Virus record (IMG/VR): IMGVR_UViG_3300005764_000007
Coordinates: 1-41,889 of that record
Reading direction: 5' to 3' (one strand)
Source: a virus
Length of the DNA stretch: 41,889 bases
Of the stretch, positions 1 through 7,590 are shown piece after piece (within the stretch, counting starts at the first letter, position 1; each line of letters opens with the position of its first letter). The notes under the pieces were generated by a model. That model saw only the letters and a list, made by a program, of their open reading frames with translations, did not search any database and was not told the DNA's origin. A program made the position numbers and the translations under genes.

Positions 1-120
1 CAGATCGCGGGCGTCAAGGCCAACACGATTCAAGGCGCGATTGTCGCGGGTCAGATCGGCTCCGTATCAGCTACGACCATTCAGGGTGTTGTCGTCTCCT
101 CGCAGTTAGCGGACGGCATC
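1..120. repeat. Terminal direct repeat, copy 1 (identical to 41770..41889); circularisation/assembly overlap
   Basis: Bases 1-120 read identically to 41770-41889, and one ORF runs through both copies in the same frame. Confidence 0.95.
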
Positions 121-1329
121 ATAGACGACTTGGCGAAGTATGCGACCGCGCTGCGTCCAGTGCCGATGCTATCGACAGTACCCACGCTGCCCGATCCGAA
201 TTATCCGCCTGACACGTTCTTCTATTACGTTCCTGACGGTCACTTCTACCGGATCAATTCAGCGGGCACGGGCTGGACGCTGGACGATAACCCGCAGAAC
301 ACGGTGATGAAGTTCTACCACATCGGAGCGATCAGCGCGAGCTCGATCACGGGGCTTATCGTGGCGGCGCAGATCGGCAGCATCACAGCGGGACAGATCA
401 CGGGGCAGATTCAGGCCAGCCAGATTCAAGCCGTGAATGCTTCGAGCATCAACGGGCAAGTGAACGCGTCGCAGATCAGCACGGTTAACGCGAGCTCCAT
501 ACAAGGCTCGATCAGCGCTTCTCAGATAGCGACCATCAACGCCACGCAGATCACGGGTAGCATCATCGCGAGTCAGATCAGTACCGTTAACGCAACCACG
601 ATCACAATCGGGCAGATCGTAGATGGGCAGATCGCGAACATCAGCGCATCCAAGCTGACTCTGGGCACGCTGCAAGTAGGCGCGCAGAGCAACATGCCCG
701 GAGTGATCAACGTCTACGGCCCGAGCTCGCTGGTTGCGCAGATCGGCATCTTGAGCGGCGGCTTCTATGGCGGATGGTTCCAGGTCTTCGGAGCGGGCGG
801 CACGGGCTACGCTGACGCGAAGGTGAAGACCGACGCGGGCAATCTATTTCTGACTGACTGCACTCTGAACATCTCGAATCAGATCAAGACGAGCCCGACA
901 ACGTTCGATAGCACGTACAGCACCCTTGCGCTGAACAATGACAACGGCACGGACAAGGCGTCTTTCATCTCGCGCGGCATGGTGTTCTATTACGCGGGCG
1001 GCAAGATCGGCTCACTCATCCGCACGGGCACGGGCGGCACATATCTGGAGTTAGAGATGAACGCGGGCGGCTCGTCCTACGTGCTGATCAATGGCCCGAG
1101 CGGAGTGCGCAGTGATCAGGGCTTTGCAGTGGGCGGCGCGCGGGTGATCAACAGTAGCGGCGCTTTTACGGGTGCGGGCGTCTCGTGTCTGAGCAACGGC
1201 ATCGCGGGCGCGGGCTTCAACCCGTTCATCGGCGGCACGCAATACTTTGGCGTGAGCAGCGGATCATTTACGACCGCAGACGGCAAGACAGCGACGGTGC
1301 GCGGCGGCGTCATCGTGGCGCTTGGATAA
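1..1329 (+). CDS. Tail-tip / fibre protein, 3' part of the ORF that starts at 40477 and wraps the window junction
   Basis: Frame 1 is open from base 1 (QIAGVKANTIQGAIVAGQIG...) into the listed 130..1329 ORF, with the stop at 1327-1329. It has 17-aa repeats followed by a Gly-rich C-terminal domain. It sits after the tape measure gene. Confidence 0.85.
   Translation, partial: QIAGVKANTIQGAIVAGQIGSVSATTIQGVVVSSQLADGIIDDLAKYATALRPVPMLSTVPTLPDPNYPPDTFFYYVPDGHFYRINSAGTGWTLDDNPQNTVMKFYHIGAISASSITGLIVAAQIGSITAGQITGQIQASQIQAVNASSINGQVNASQISTVNASSIQGSISASQIATINATQITGSIIASQISTVNATTITIGQIVDGQIANISASKLTLGTLQVGAQSNMPGVINVYGPSSLVAQIGILSGGFYGGWFQVFGAGGTGYADAKVKTDAGNLFLTDCTLNISNQIKTSPTTFDSTYSTLALNNDNGTDKASFISRGMVFYYAGGKIGSLIRTGTGGTYLELEMNAGGSSYVLINGPSGVRSDQGFAVGGARVINSSGAFTGAGVSCLSNGIAGAGFNPFIGGTQYFGVSSGSFTTADGKTATVRGGVIVALG
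325..672 (+). repeat. In-frame tandem 17-residue (51-nt) repeats, block 2, consensus xASQIxTVNAxxIxGxI
   Basis: Units read from the translation: VAAQIGSITAGQITGQI / QASQIQAVNASSINGQV / NASQISTVNASSIQGSI / SASQIATINATQITGSI / IASQISTVNATTITIGQI / VDGQIANISASKLTLGTL. Confidence 0.85.
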
Positions 1330-1338
1330 AGAGGAGTT

Positions 1339-1599
1339 ATGGACAATCACGAAGTAGAAACGTACCCGTTAGATGACGCAGTGATAGCGCTGCTCGATGA
1401 CATGAAAAAGGCGCACGTGCAGTTTGTGCAGCAAGCGCAGCAACAGGAGCAGCTATTGCTGGGACAGCAACAAGGCGCGCTCACGCTGTTCATCCGACAG
1501 CACGCGCTGCAAGGCAACTGGCGATTGGCTGACAACGGGCGCGAGCTCGTGAAGGCGCGCGCTGAGCAGCCCGCGCCCGCGCCGAAAGCTGACGCATGA
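1339..1599 (+). CDS. Hypothetical Gln-rich 86-aa protein (possible fibre chaperone, unproven)
   Basis: ATG is preceded by AGAGGAG. It abuts the tail-tip ORF and its stop overlaps the next ATG (ATGA). Confidence 0.6.
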   Translation: MDNHEVETYPLDDAVIALLDDMKKAHVQFVQQAQQQEQLLLGQQQGALTLFIRQHALQGNWRLADNGRELVKARAEQPAPAPKADA

Positions 1600-1772
1600 T
1601 CGAGCGCGCACAGCGGACGTGTGAGCAGTGCGGCAAGCCCATCGTTGCGAACCGCTTCAATCGCCGCATGGAGCAGCGCTTCTGTTCTGATCGATGCCGC
1701 AAGGCGCAGTGGCTAGCAGATAGGAGGACATATGGCCGCAGCGACAAGCCCGCCCAACTTCGCGTTTCCTAA
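1596..1772 (+). CDS. 58-aa zinc-ribbon protein with an FCS-type motif (CEQCGK ... RFCSDRCRKAQW)
   Basis: My own translation gives MIERAQRTCEQCGKPIVANRFNRRMEQRFCSDRCRKAQWLADRRTYGRSDKPAQLRVS. ATGA overlap with the upstream stop. It is below the ORF-track size cut-off and its 3' end overlaps the next gene by 41 nt. Confidence 0.4.
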   Translation: MIERAQRTCEQCGKPIVANRFNRRMEQRFCSDRCRKAQWLADRRTYGRSDKPAQLRVS

Positions 1773-3054
1773 CTTCACTCCGGGCAAGCATCGCATCCCG
1801 CCCGACTTCAAGCTGTGGCCCGAGCCGTCGAGCTCGATGCCCGCCACTCCACCCATCCCGCCCACGGTCGCGACTGGAGATGTGATCACTGCGGTTCACG
1901 AGAACACGGTGACCACTGCGCTGAGCGATCTCTGGACAAACGAGCAGTGGCTGGCGTCGCAGATCGTAGACGCTGTGCCCACGTCCAGGCAAGTGATCGC
2001 GGGCGCGGGCATGAGCGGAGGCGGCGCGCTGAGCGCAGACGTGACGCTGAACGCGCTCGTTACCTCCGTCTTCGGGCGCACCGGAGCGGTCACGCTGACG
2101 AGCTCCGATATAACGGGCGCTGGCGGGGTTCCTGCGACGCGTACGCTCTCGGCGGGCGCGGGGCTGACAGGTGGAGGGGATCTGTCAGCGGACCGCTCCT
2201 TCAGCGTTGTAGACGACACTACGACCCAGCGCGTACGCGTGCTGTCGAGCGGCTCGCTCGTAGGGACGCGCCCTGCGATGAACTTCATTCAAGGCTCGAA
2301 CGTCACGCTGAGCGTTCTAGATGACGCTGCGAACAATCGCGTGAATCTCACGATTGCATCAACGGGCGGGGGCGGCAGTGGCGGCGCGTCTGGAATTCCG
2401 ATCATCGTTAACGGCGCGCCGATCGGCAATGCAAGCGGCGCGGGCGTAGCGCTGTGGAGTGGAACAATTAACCCTAATGGAGTGGGCGCGGACAAAGCGC
2501 CGCACAACATGACCTCTGATACCTCCGGGGGCTATGTGGTGACGTACGCATCCTCACAGCAACCGGGCTATCAGGCATTCAACGGGCTCACCGGGGCGGG
2601 GGACGCTTGGATCAGTTTCAATACTCCATGTTGGCTCCAGATTGATCTAGGAGCGGGACGCGGAACATCTATAGCCTCGTATGCCATTCGGACTCGGAAT
2701 GATGTCGGCGCGGCATACGATCAGCGACAGCCTAAAACGTGGAACCTGCAAGGCTCAAACGACGGCAGTACTTGGACTACAGTAGACAGCCAATCCAATC
2801 AACCGGGCGTCGCGAACGGCGGGCTCATGTCATATTCGATTACGCCGACAGCGGTGTTCCGGTATTGGCAAATCAACATAACGCTGAATCAGGGCAGCGT
2901 CGGCAATACCGAAATCGGCGAGCTATATTTGTATGCCCCTGCGTCGCCGTTTGCGAGTGGATCTGACGGAGATATCTACATCGACACGCTAGGCAAGTAT
3001 ATGTATGGTCCCAAAACCGGAACTGCATGGCCCCCGGTTGGAAAGCTGTTATAA
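1732..3054 (+). CDS. Tail fibre / receptor-binding protein with a C-terminal discoidin (F5/8 type C, CBM32-like) domain
   Basis: AGGAGG lies 6 nt upstream of the ATG. N-terminal fibre motif SVFGRTGAVTLTSSDITGA, a Gly-rich linker, then a C-terminal region (WISFNTPCWLQIDLG...WNLQGSNDGSTWTTVD...RYWQINIT...IGELYLY) typical of discoidin domains. Confidence 0.85.
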   Translation: MAAATSPPNFAFPNFTPGKHRIPPDFKLWPEPSSSMPATPPIPPTVATGDVITAVHENTVTTALSDLWTNEQWLASQIVDAVPTSRQVIAGAGMSGGGALSADVTLNALVTSVFGRTGAVTLTSSDITGAGGVPATRTLSAGAGLTGGGDLSADRSFSVVDDTTTQRVRVLSSGSLVGTRPAMNFIQGSNVTLSVLDDAANNRVNLTIASTGGGGSGGASGIPIIVNGAPIGNASGAGVALWSGTINPNGVGADKAPHNMTSDTSGGYVVTYASSQQPGYQAFNGLTGAGDAWISFNTPCWLQIDLGAGRGTSIASYAIRTRNDVGAAYDQRQPKTWNLQGSNDGSTWTTVDSQSNQPGVANGGLMSYSITPTAVFRYWQINITLNQGSVGNTEIGELYLYAPASPFASGSDGDIYIDTLGKYMYGPKTGTAWPPVGKLL

Positions 3055-4635
3055 ATGGCCTCTAAATTTGAGCTAAACGACAGCACTCCCGCTGCTCCTG
3101 GCGGCAAAGTCAATATCAAGTGGCAATCCGACATCAACGGCAACGTCTCCGCATATGTCGATCCTCCTGGATCGGGCGGCGCAGTCTCCAGCGTCTTCGG
3201 GCGCACGGGCGCAGTTGTCGCAGCGAGCGGAGACTACACTGCGGCGCAGATCACGGGCGCGCTCGCTGATCCGCTCACTACGAAGGGTGACTTGATCGTG
3301 CGCGGGGTAGTGACTACGCGTCTGGACGTGGGCGCTGACGGTCAAGTACTCACTGCTGACTCGACGCAAGCGAGCGGCATTAAGTGGGCGGCTCCTACGG
3401 GCGGGAGCGGGAGTCAGACACCGTGGGTTCAGGATGTGAACGCGGCGGGATTCAAGCTCATGAGCGCGGGGTTCGTCGGCGTGAACCTAACCGCTCCAAT
3501 CCAGAGCGCGGCGGGTCGAGGCTACGCCTCCATCAAAGGCGCGTCCGATATCGGCGTAATCGAACTCGCGCAGGGGAGCGCGGACGCGCTCTCTAGTCCA
3601 GTGGGTCAAGTAGCGTTTACCGATACGAACGCGACGCTCGCCGACAAGCGGGCGGCGGTTATCAATTGCATACTCACCGGACCGACGGCGAACGCTCGCG
3701 GCGGGACATTGACACTCAACACACGCGCGGACAACTCGACGCTGGCGGAGCGGGTACGCATCGACCATAACGGCAATGTCGGAATAGGAACGTCGAGTCC
3801 TCAAGGCGTTCTGCATGTTCATACCGGAACAGATAACAACATTCTTGTCCGGGGTCCGGTTTCCTTGAGTGCGGGAATTTCTCTGTATTCGGTAAACGAT
3901 GTGAATAGCGTAGTGCGACCAGTGCAGTATGCCGCGTCGCCACACTACTTCAGTGATGGCAACGTCGGAATAGGAACGTCGAGTCCCGGAGGCGTCCTAG
4001 AAATAGCTCACGATTCAGGCGTTACTCCCATGCTGAAACTCAATCAAACCAGCGGCAGTTGGGGAACCGTCGCGCAGTTTAACCTGTTTCGTTTTCTCTC
4101 GACCGCATCCGCAGCAACGGACGGAAACTTCAAGCCTGTACATATCGGTCCGGGCGGTATCGGGATCAATATGGCTCCTCCTCCATACGGGTGGCCTGAC
4201 GGATTCTATTGTGGCTCTGACTGCATGATCGGGGCATCGGGCGGATTGCAGATTCCCAGACAAGCGAACACGAGCTACAACTTTCTTGTCTCGCAATCGG
4301 CGGGCGCGGGATTCGCGGTCGGATGGAATAAGAGCGCGGGCGGCGGCGAGACGAATTTCTACAACTACGGGCAGGGTGCGGGCGGCGGGTTCTCATTCTG
4401 GAATTACGCGACTCCCGGCTCGGCGTACCCGAATAGCGGAGCGAGTCAGTTGCTTTATCTCCACGCGGCGGGTCCGCTCATTCAGAACGTCATTCTCCAG
4501 TCATCATGGAATGACGCAATGCTATTCAACGGGACAATGAGTTTCTATATCAACGAGAGTACGAATCAAGTCGTTCTGAGGGTACGCTACTCGAACGGCA
4601 CGACAGTCAAGGGCATTTCATTCTCGCTCACATAA
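3055..4635 (+). CDS. Second tail fibre protein
   Basis: ATG directly follows the upstream TAA. It has the same N-terminal motif (SVFGRTGAVVAASGDYTAAQITGA ... GDLIVRG ... GQVLTADS...GIKWA). The motif GNVGIGTSSPxGVL occurs twice, encoded by a 23-nt perfect DNA repeat (3778-3800 and 3964-3986). Confidence 0.85.
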   Translation: MASKFELNDSTPAAPGGKVNIKWQSDINGNVSAYVDPPGSGGAVSSVFGRTGAVVAASGDYTAAQITGALADPLTTKGDLIVRGVVTTRLDVGADGQVLTADSTQASGIKWAAPTGGSGSQTPWVQDVNAAGFKLMSAGFVGVNLTAPIQSAAGRGYASIKGASDIGVIELAQGSADALSSPVGQVAFTDTNATLADKRAAVINCILTGPTANARGGTLTLNTRADNSTLAERVRIDHNGNVGIGTSSPQGVLHVHTGTDNNILVRGPVSLSAGISLYSVNDVNSVVRPVQYAASPHYFSDGNVGIGTSSPGGVLEIAHDSGVTPMLKLNQTSGSWGTVAQFNLFRFLSTASAATDGNFKPVHIGPGGIGINMAPPPYGWPDGFYCGSDCMIGASGGLQIPRQANTSYNFLVSQSAGAGFAVGWNKSAGGGETNFYNYGQGAGGGFSFWNYATPGSAYPNSGASQLLYLHAAGPLIQNVILQSSWNDAMLFNGTMSFYINESTNQVVLRVRYSNGTTVKGISFSLT

Positions 4636-4645
4636 GGGGGTCGCT

Positions 4646-4969
4646 ATGGCGCTCGATTACGCGCAATCCGCAAGTCTCAGAGTCAATATCCCGTTCCAGG
4701 GTCGCATCGGCACAGCGGCGCTCAAGTGGGCGTCCGCGATTCTTTCGGATACATCCGTGGATGTGTCGTCATCAATCGCGCGCAAGAATCTGGACTACGC
4801 GCGGCTGGTGTATGCGCAGCCGACGCAAAAGGCTATGGAGCTCCAGCCCGGAGTGGTTCAAGATCCCGCCGTGCAAGCGCAGGACATCGTGCCTTCGACG
4901 GGCGACAGCACGATCACTGACCCGTACTTGCAGCAAGCCGTCGAAGCCACCATTGCAAAAGTGATTTGA
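4646..4969 (+). CDS. Hypothetical protein (107 aa)
   Basis: AAGGGGG RBS lies upstream of the ATG. The gene is contiguous with the fibre gene. I recognise no motif. Confidence 0.6.
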   Translation: MALDYAQSASLRVNIPFQGRIGTAALKWASAILSDTSVDVSSSIARKNLDYARLVYAQPTQKAMELQPGVVQDPAVQAQDIVPSTGDSTITDPYLQQAVEATIAKVI

Positions 4970-5328
4970 TCGATCAGCGCCAGTCGAACCTACTGGACTC
5001 GATCATTAGTCAAGCTGTGGACTGCGGCGCGTGCTGGCCGCTGCGCGTCACGATCACTGACCGCCACTTCCGCCCGCTCGCCAGCGTGATGATCGACGGC
5101 CCGGACTATAGCAGCACTGACGAGTGGTTGCGCGCGCTGAGCTCGCCCGGAGCGTACTGGGCGAGCATCGAGCCGACGCGACCGCGCCCGGACATCAGGA
5201 CCTGGATCAAGCGCATCGGCGCGTACGGGGTCGAGGATCGGCTGGCGGACGGAGCGCGGCGCTGCACTGCGCGGCATCGGCGGCAGCGCATTCACACTTT
5301 CTCCAGCTACGAGCAAGTGAGTAAGTGA
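4966..5328 (+). CDS. Hypothetical protein (120 aa, TTG start as listed)
   Basis: It overlaps the upstream stop by 4 nt and is the last + strand gene before the convergent repressor gene. The Arg-rich C-terminus lowers confidence. Confidence 0.45.
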   Translation: MIDQRQSNLLDSIISQAVDCGACWPLRVTITDRHFRPLASVMIDGPDYSSTDEWLRALSSPGAYWASIEPTRPRPDIRTWIKRIGAYGVEDRLADGARRCTARHRRQRIHTFSSYEQVSK

Positions 5329-5347
5329 GACGTAACCGCTCGCCTAA

Positions 5348-5387
5348 CCTATCTTTCGGTCGCTCCGCGCGCTGGCTGAAAGATAGG
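5348..5387. repeat. Perfect 10-bp inverted repeat (CCTATCTTTC / GAAAGATAGG) with a 20-nt spacer between convergent genes
   Basis: Read directly: 5348-5357 is the reverse complement of 5378-5387. There is no flanking T-run, so it is not a canonical intrinsic terminator. Confidence 0.6.
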
Positions 5388-5427
5388 GCGTCGCGCTCGC
5401 TGATCGGCGTAACCTTCATCCGGGCGA

Positions 5428-5757
5428 TCAACGCCAATCGACTTCGCCGCGCGCTACTCTTCCATCGAGGACATCTTCAACGAGACGGACAAATAAGCGA
5501 TGCGCTGGCTTGGGCCGCTGTCTGCGCAGCGCTGCGAGCAGCTTGCGGATGAGCCGCTCTTCGTCTGAGCTCCAGGCCGTCACGTCATTCTCCGCGCCTT
5601 TGTAGGCGATGCGGCGCGTGGCTGTCTCTACAACGTCTGACGCCGTGATGCGCTGATTGTGGCGTCGCGCTTCATCCTTTACCCGCTCGATCATGCGATA
5701 TGCGTCCTCGCTAATTCGTATGGGATAGCTGCGGACAGTAGATGCTGTCTTCGGCAT
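5428..5757 (-). CDS. Ribbon-helix-helix (CopG/Arc-like) regulator, candidate lysogeny repressor
   Basis: This is the only convincing minus-strand gene. Its N-terminus SYPIRISEDAYRMIERVKDEARRHNQRITASDVVETA fits a beta-strand/helix/helix pattern. It is divergent from the early operon. Confidence 0.7.
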   Translation of the reverse strand: MPKTASTVRSYPIRISEDAYRMIERVKDEARRHNQRITASDVVETATRRIAYKGAENDVTAWSSDEERLIRKLLAALRRQRPKPAHRLFVRLVEDVLDGRVARGEVDWR

Positions 5758-6228
5758 AATAGTGGCGCGAATTGTCGCGCATTCGTTACCCGCGTCCCTC
5801 CGCCCATAATTATGCGCAGCACGTCCGGAAGCTGGGGCGCTCGGCTACTGCGCGTAGTGTTCGTACTACACCTTTGCGATTTAAAGGTCACGCGCTGAGG
5901 CGTTTGCCAGAAATGCGGAAAAGAATATCCGAAGTCGAGCGAATAGCACAAATAGTATTCCCACTATTCATACTGTTTTGGGGCTCGAAAACGGACTGCT
6001 TTGCTTGGCATGTTTCTCCTACGCCGTCTGTCGCTTGCGACGAAATGCCAAGATGATGTAGTAACGCGTATTTCCTCACCTATTAATTTTCCTAGCATTT
6101 TGTGTTGACACGCTAACGTTTGCGGGAGTACGCTCGTGACTGTCGGTTGCAGTCTGAGCTACAGGAGGCAAACGATACTGCGACTGGTACTTACATCATT
6201 TTTTCACCCGGAGGCATGGTTATATAAA
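5758..6228. promoter_or_regulatory. Divergent switch region: AT-richer, several palindromes, candidate rightward promoter TTGACA(6105-6110)-18-TACGCT(6129-6134)
   Basis: It contains a 14/16 palindrome GCCCATAATTATGCGC (5802-5817), GAATAG/CTATTC and GAATA/TATTC half-sites (5941-5969), and nested inverted repeats TTGGCAT(6004-6010)/ATGCCAA(6045-6051) enclosing GTCGC..GCGAC. The -35-like TTGACA is exact but the -10 is weak. Confidence 0.45.
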
Positions 6229-6465
6229 ATGCCACGCAAGCAGAATAGCCCTGCAATCCCTGCGGGAAGCGTACGCATCCAGGGGATTGTTCATGAAGAC
6301 ACGTGGATGAAGCTGCGCGTCTACGCAATGCAGAACCACATCACGATCGGTCATGCAATTGATCATGTGACCGGACACGTCAATCTGGACGGCCCATTGA
6401 AGAAGCGGGCGGGCAGGCCGAAGAAGCAACGGACTGCGCCCGAGCTCACCGAACTCGCCTCATGA
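6229..6465 (+). CDS. Ribbon-helix-helix regulator, Cro-like candidate (78 aa)
   Basis: MPRKQNSPAIPAGSVRIQGIVHEDTWMKLRVYAMQNHITIGHAIDHV fits the RHH pattern. I prefer the ATG at 6229 over the listed GTG at 6136, whose extra N-terminus looks non-protein-like. GGAGG at 6210-6214. Confidence 0.65.
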   Translation: MPRKQNSPAIPAGSVRIQGIVHEDTWMKLRVYAMQNHITIGHAIDHVTGHVNLDGPLKKRAGRPKKQRTAPELTELAS

Positions 6466-6638
6466 TCACGGCGGGCGACAAGCCCGCTTGTGACCGCTGC
6501 ACACAACATCCTGGCGTCAGATTCCTGATGGGTCGCTGGCTCTGCGCTGGATGTGTGCGCGCGTTCATGGAGGGGCTCAGAAGAGAGGTCTACGATGATC
6601 GATCAGGCGATAAGACGTTTGGGCATTGGCGGCTCTGA
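6462..6638 (+). CDS. 58-aa Cys4 zinc-ribbon protein (CDRC ... CAGC)
   Basis: My own translation gives MITAGDKPACDRCTQHPGVRFLMGRWLCAGCVRAFMEGLRREVYDDRSGDKTFGHWRL. ATGA overlap with the upstream stop. It is below the ORF-track cut-off and overlaps the start of the next gene. Confidence 0.4.
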   Translation: MITAGDKPACDRCTQHPGVRFLMGRWLCAGCVRAFMEGLRREVYDDRSGDKTFGHWRL

Positions 6639-7590
6639 AGTCGCCGCGCTGGTGGGGTGCGACCCGGAGCGCGACGCGATGAGTCTGTGGATCGAGAAGA
6701 AGGGCGGGATGCCCGAGCGGCCGCCCTCTGATCGGATGCTGGTCGGTCAGAAGCTGGAGCGCGGAGTGATCGAGCTCTACGCGCACGTCACGGGCTATGA
6801 AGTCGAGTATGTGAATCAGACTTTCCAGCATCGCGCCTGGCCCTTCGTGATCTACAGTCCTGACGCGCTCTGTCGCAACATGCGGCGCGGGGTGGACGCG
6901 AAGGTCGTATCCCGCGATCAGCGCGCGAAGTGGGGCGAGCCGCCCTACGGAGTGCCGCTCGACAAGCAGACGCAGGGGCAGTGGTATTGCATGGCGATGG
7001 ACTACGATGCGTGGGACTTCGCCGTCTACATGGGCGACGGGATGCCGCGCGTGTATGTTGTCGAGCGCGATGACGAAGTGTGCCGCATTCTGCTGGCGCG
7101 CGCGGAGGAGTTCTATCAGCGCTATCTGATCGGAGACGAAGAGCCGCCGATGGGCGGAAGCGCGCTGGCCGCTGCTTGGCTGCAATACAAGTACCCGGAG
7201 CACAAGCGGCCCGACATGCGCGAGGCGACGCCCGCAGAAGCAGCGCTGCTCACTGACTATGCGTATGTGCGAGCGGAGCAGAAGGATCTCCAGCGCACGC
7301 GCGACCGCATGGAAAACCTGATCACGCGCGCTATCGAGGATCGAGAAGGCTTGTATTGGCCGGACGGCTCCTTCACGTGGCGCAGAACGAAGGATCAGAC
7401 AGTGACGGATTGGGAGAGCATGGCGCGGGGCTTGATCAACGCTTACGTGCCCGATGAGGAGAAGCGCAAAACGCTGATCGGACTATACACGCGCACGAAA
7501 GAAGGCTATCGGAAGATTCGCTTCACGTGCGAATTGACGAAGGAGGAGTATGCAACCAACGGAAGCAGAAGCGACGCAGACGCAGACTGA
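6595..7590 (+). CDS. YqaJ-type (lambda-exonuclease-like) recombination exonuclease
   Basis: The N-terminal motif RRLGIGGSEVAALVG is typical of YqaJ-family proteins, and PD-(D/E)XK-like DA..KVV residues follow. It is paired with an annealase gene downstream. The ATG at 6595 follows a GAGAGG RBS; the listed start is 6553. Confidence 0.8.
   Translation: MIDQAIRRLGIGGSEVAALVGCDPERDAMSLWIEKKGGMPERPPSDRMLVGQKLERGVIELYAHVTGYEVEYVNQTFQHRAWPFVIYSPDALCRNMRRGVDAKVVSRDQRAKWGEPPYGVPLDKQTQGQWYCMAMDYDAWDFAVYMGDGMPRVYVVERDDEVCRILLARAEEFYQRYLIGDEEPPMGGSALAAAWLQYKYPEHKRPDMREATPAEAALLTDYAYVRAEQKDLQRTRDRMENLITRAIEDREGLYWPDGSFTWRRTKDQTVTDWESMARGLINAYVPDEEKRKTLIGLYTRTKEGYRKIRFTCELTKEEYATNGSRSDADAD

Noticed and set aside
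1732-4635. Diversity-generating retroelement targeting the fibre C-termini
   Set aside because: There is no reverse transcriptase gene and no template/variable repeat pair. The only internal DNA repeat (3778-3800 / 3964-3986) is a perfect duplication encoding the same motif.
5888-6079. 63-aa minus-strand ORF inside the switch region
   Set aside because: It has no RBS, low-complexity sequence and a non-ATG start in the track. It is kept only as a remark in the switch finding because the region is unusually long.
6136-6228. Listed GTG start at 6136 for the Cro-like gene
   Set aside because: The extra 31 residues (MTVGCSLSYRRQTILRLVLTSFFHPEAWLYK) look non-protein-like and would start inside the predicted promoter and leader. 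The ATG at 6229 begins the RHH motif.
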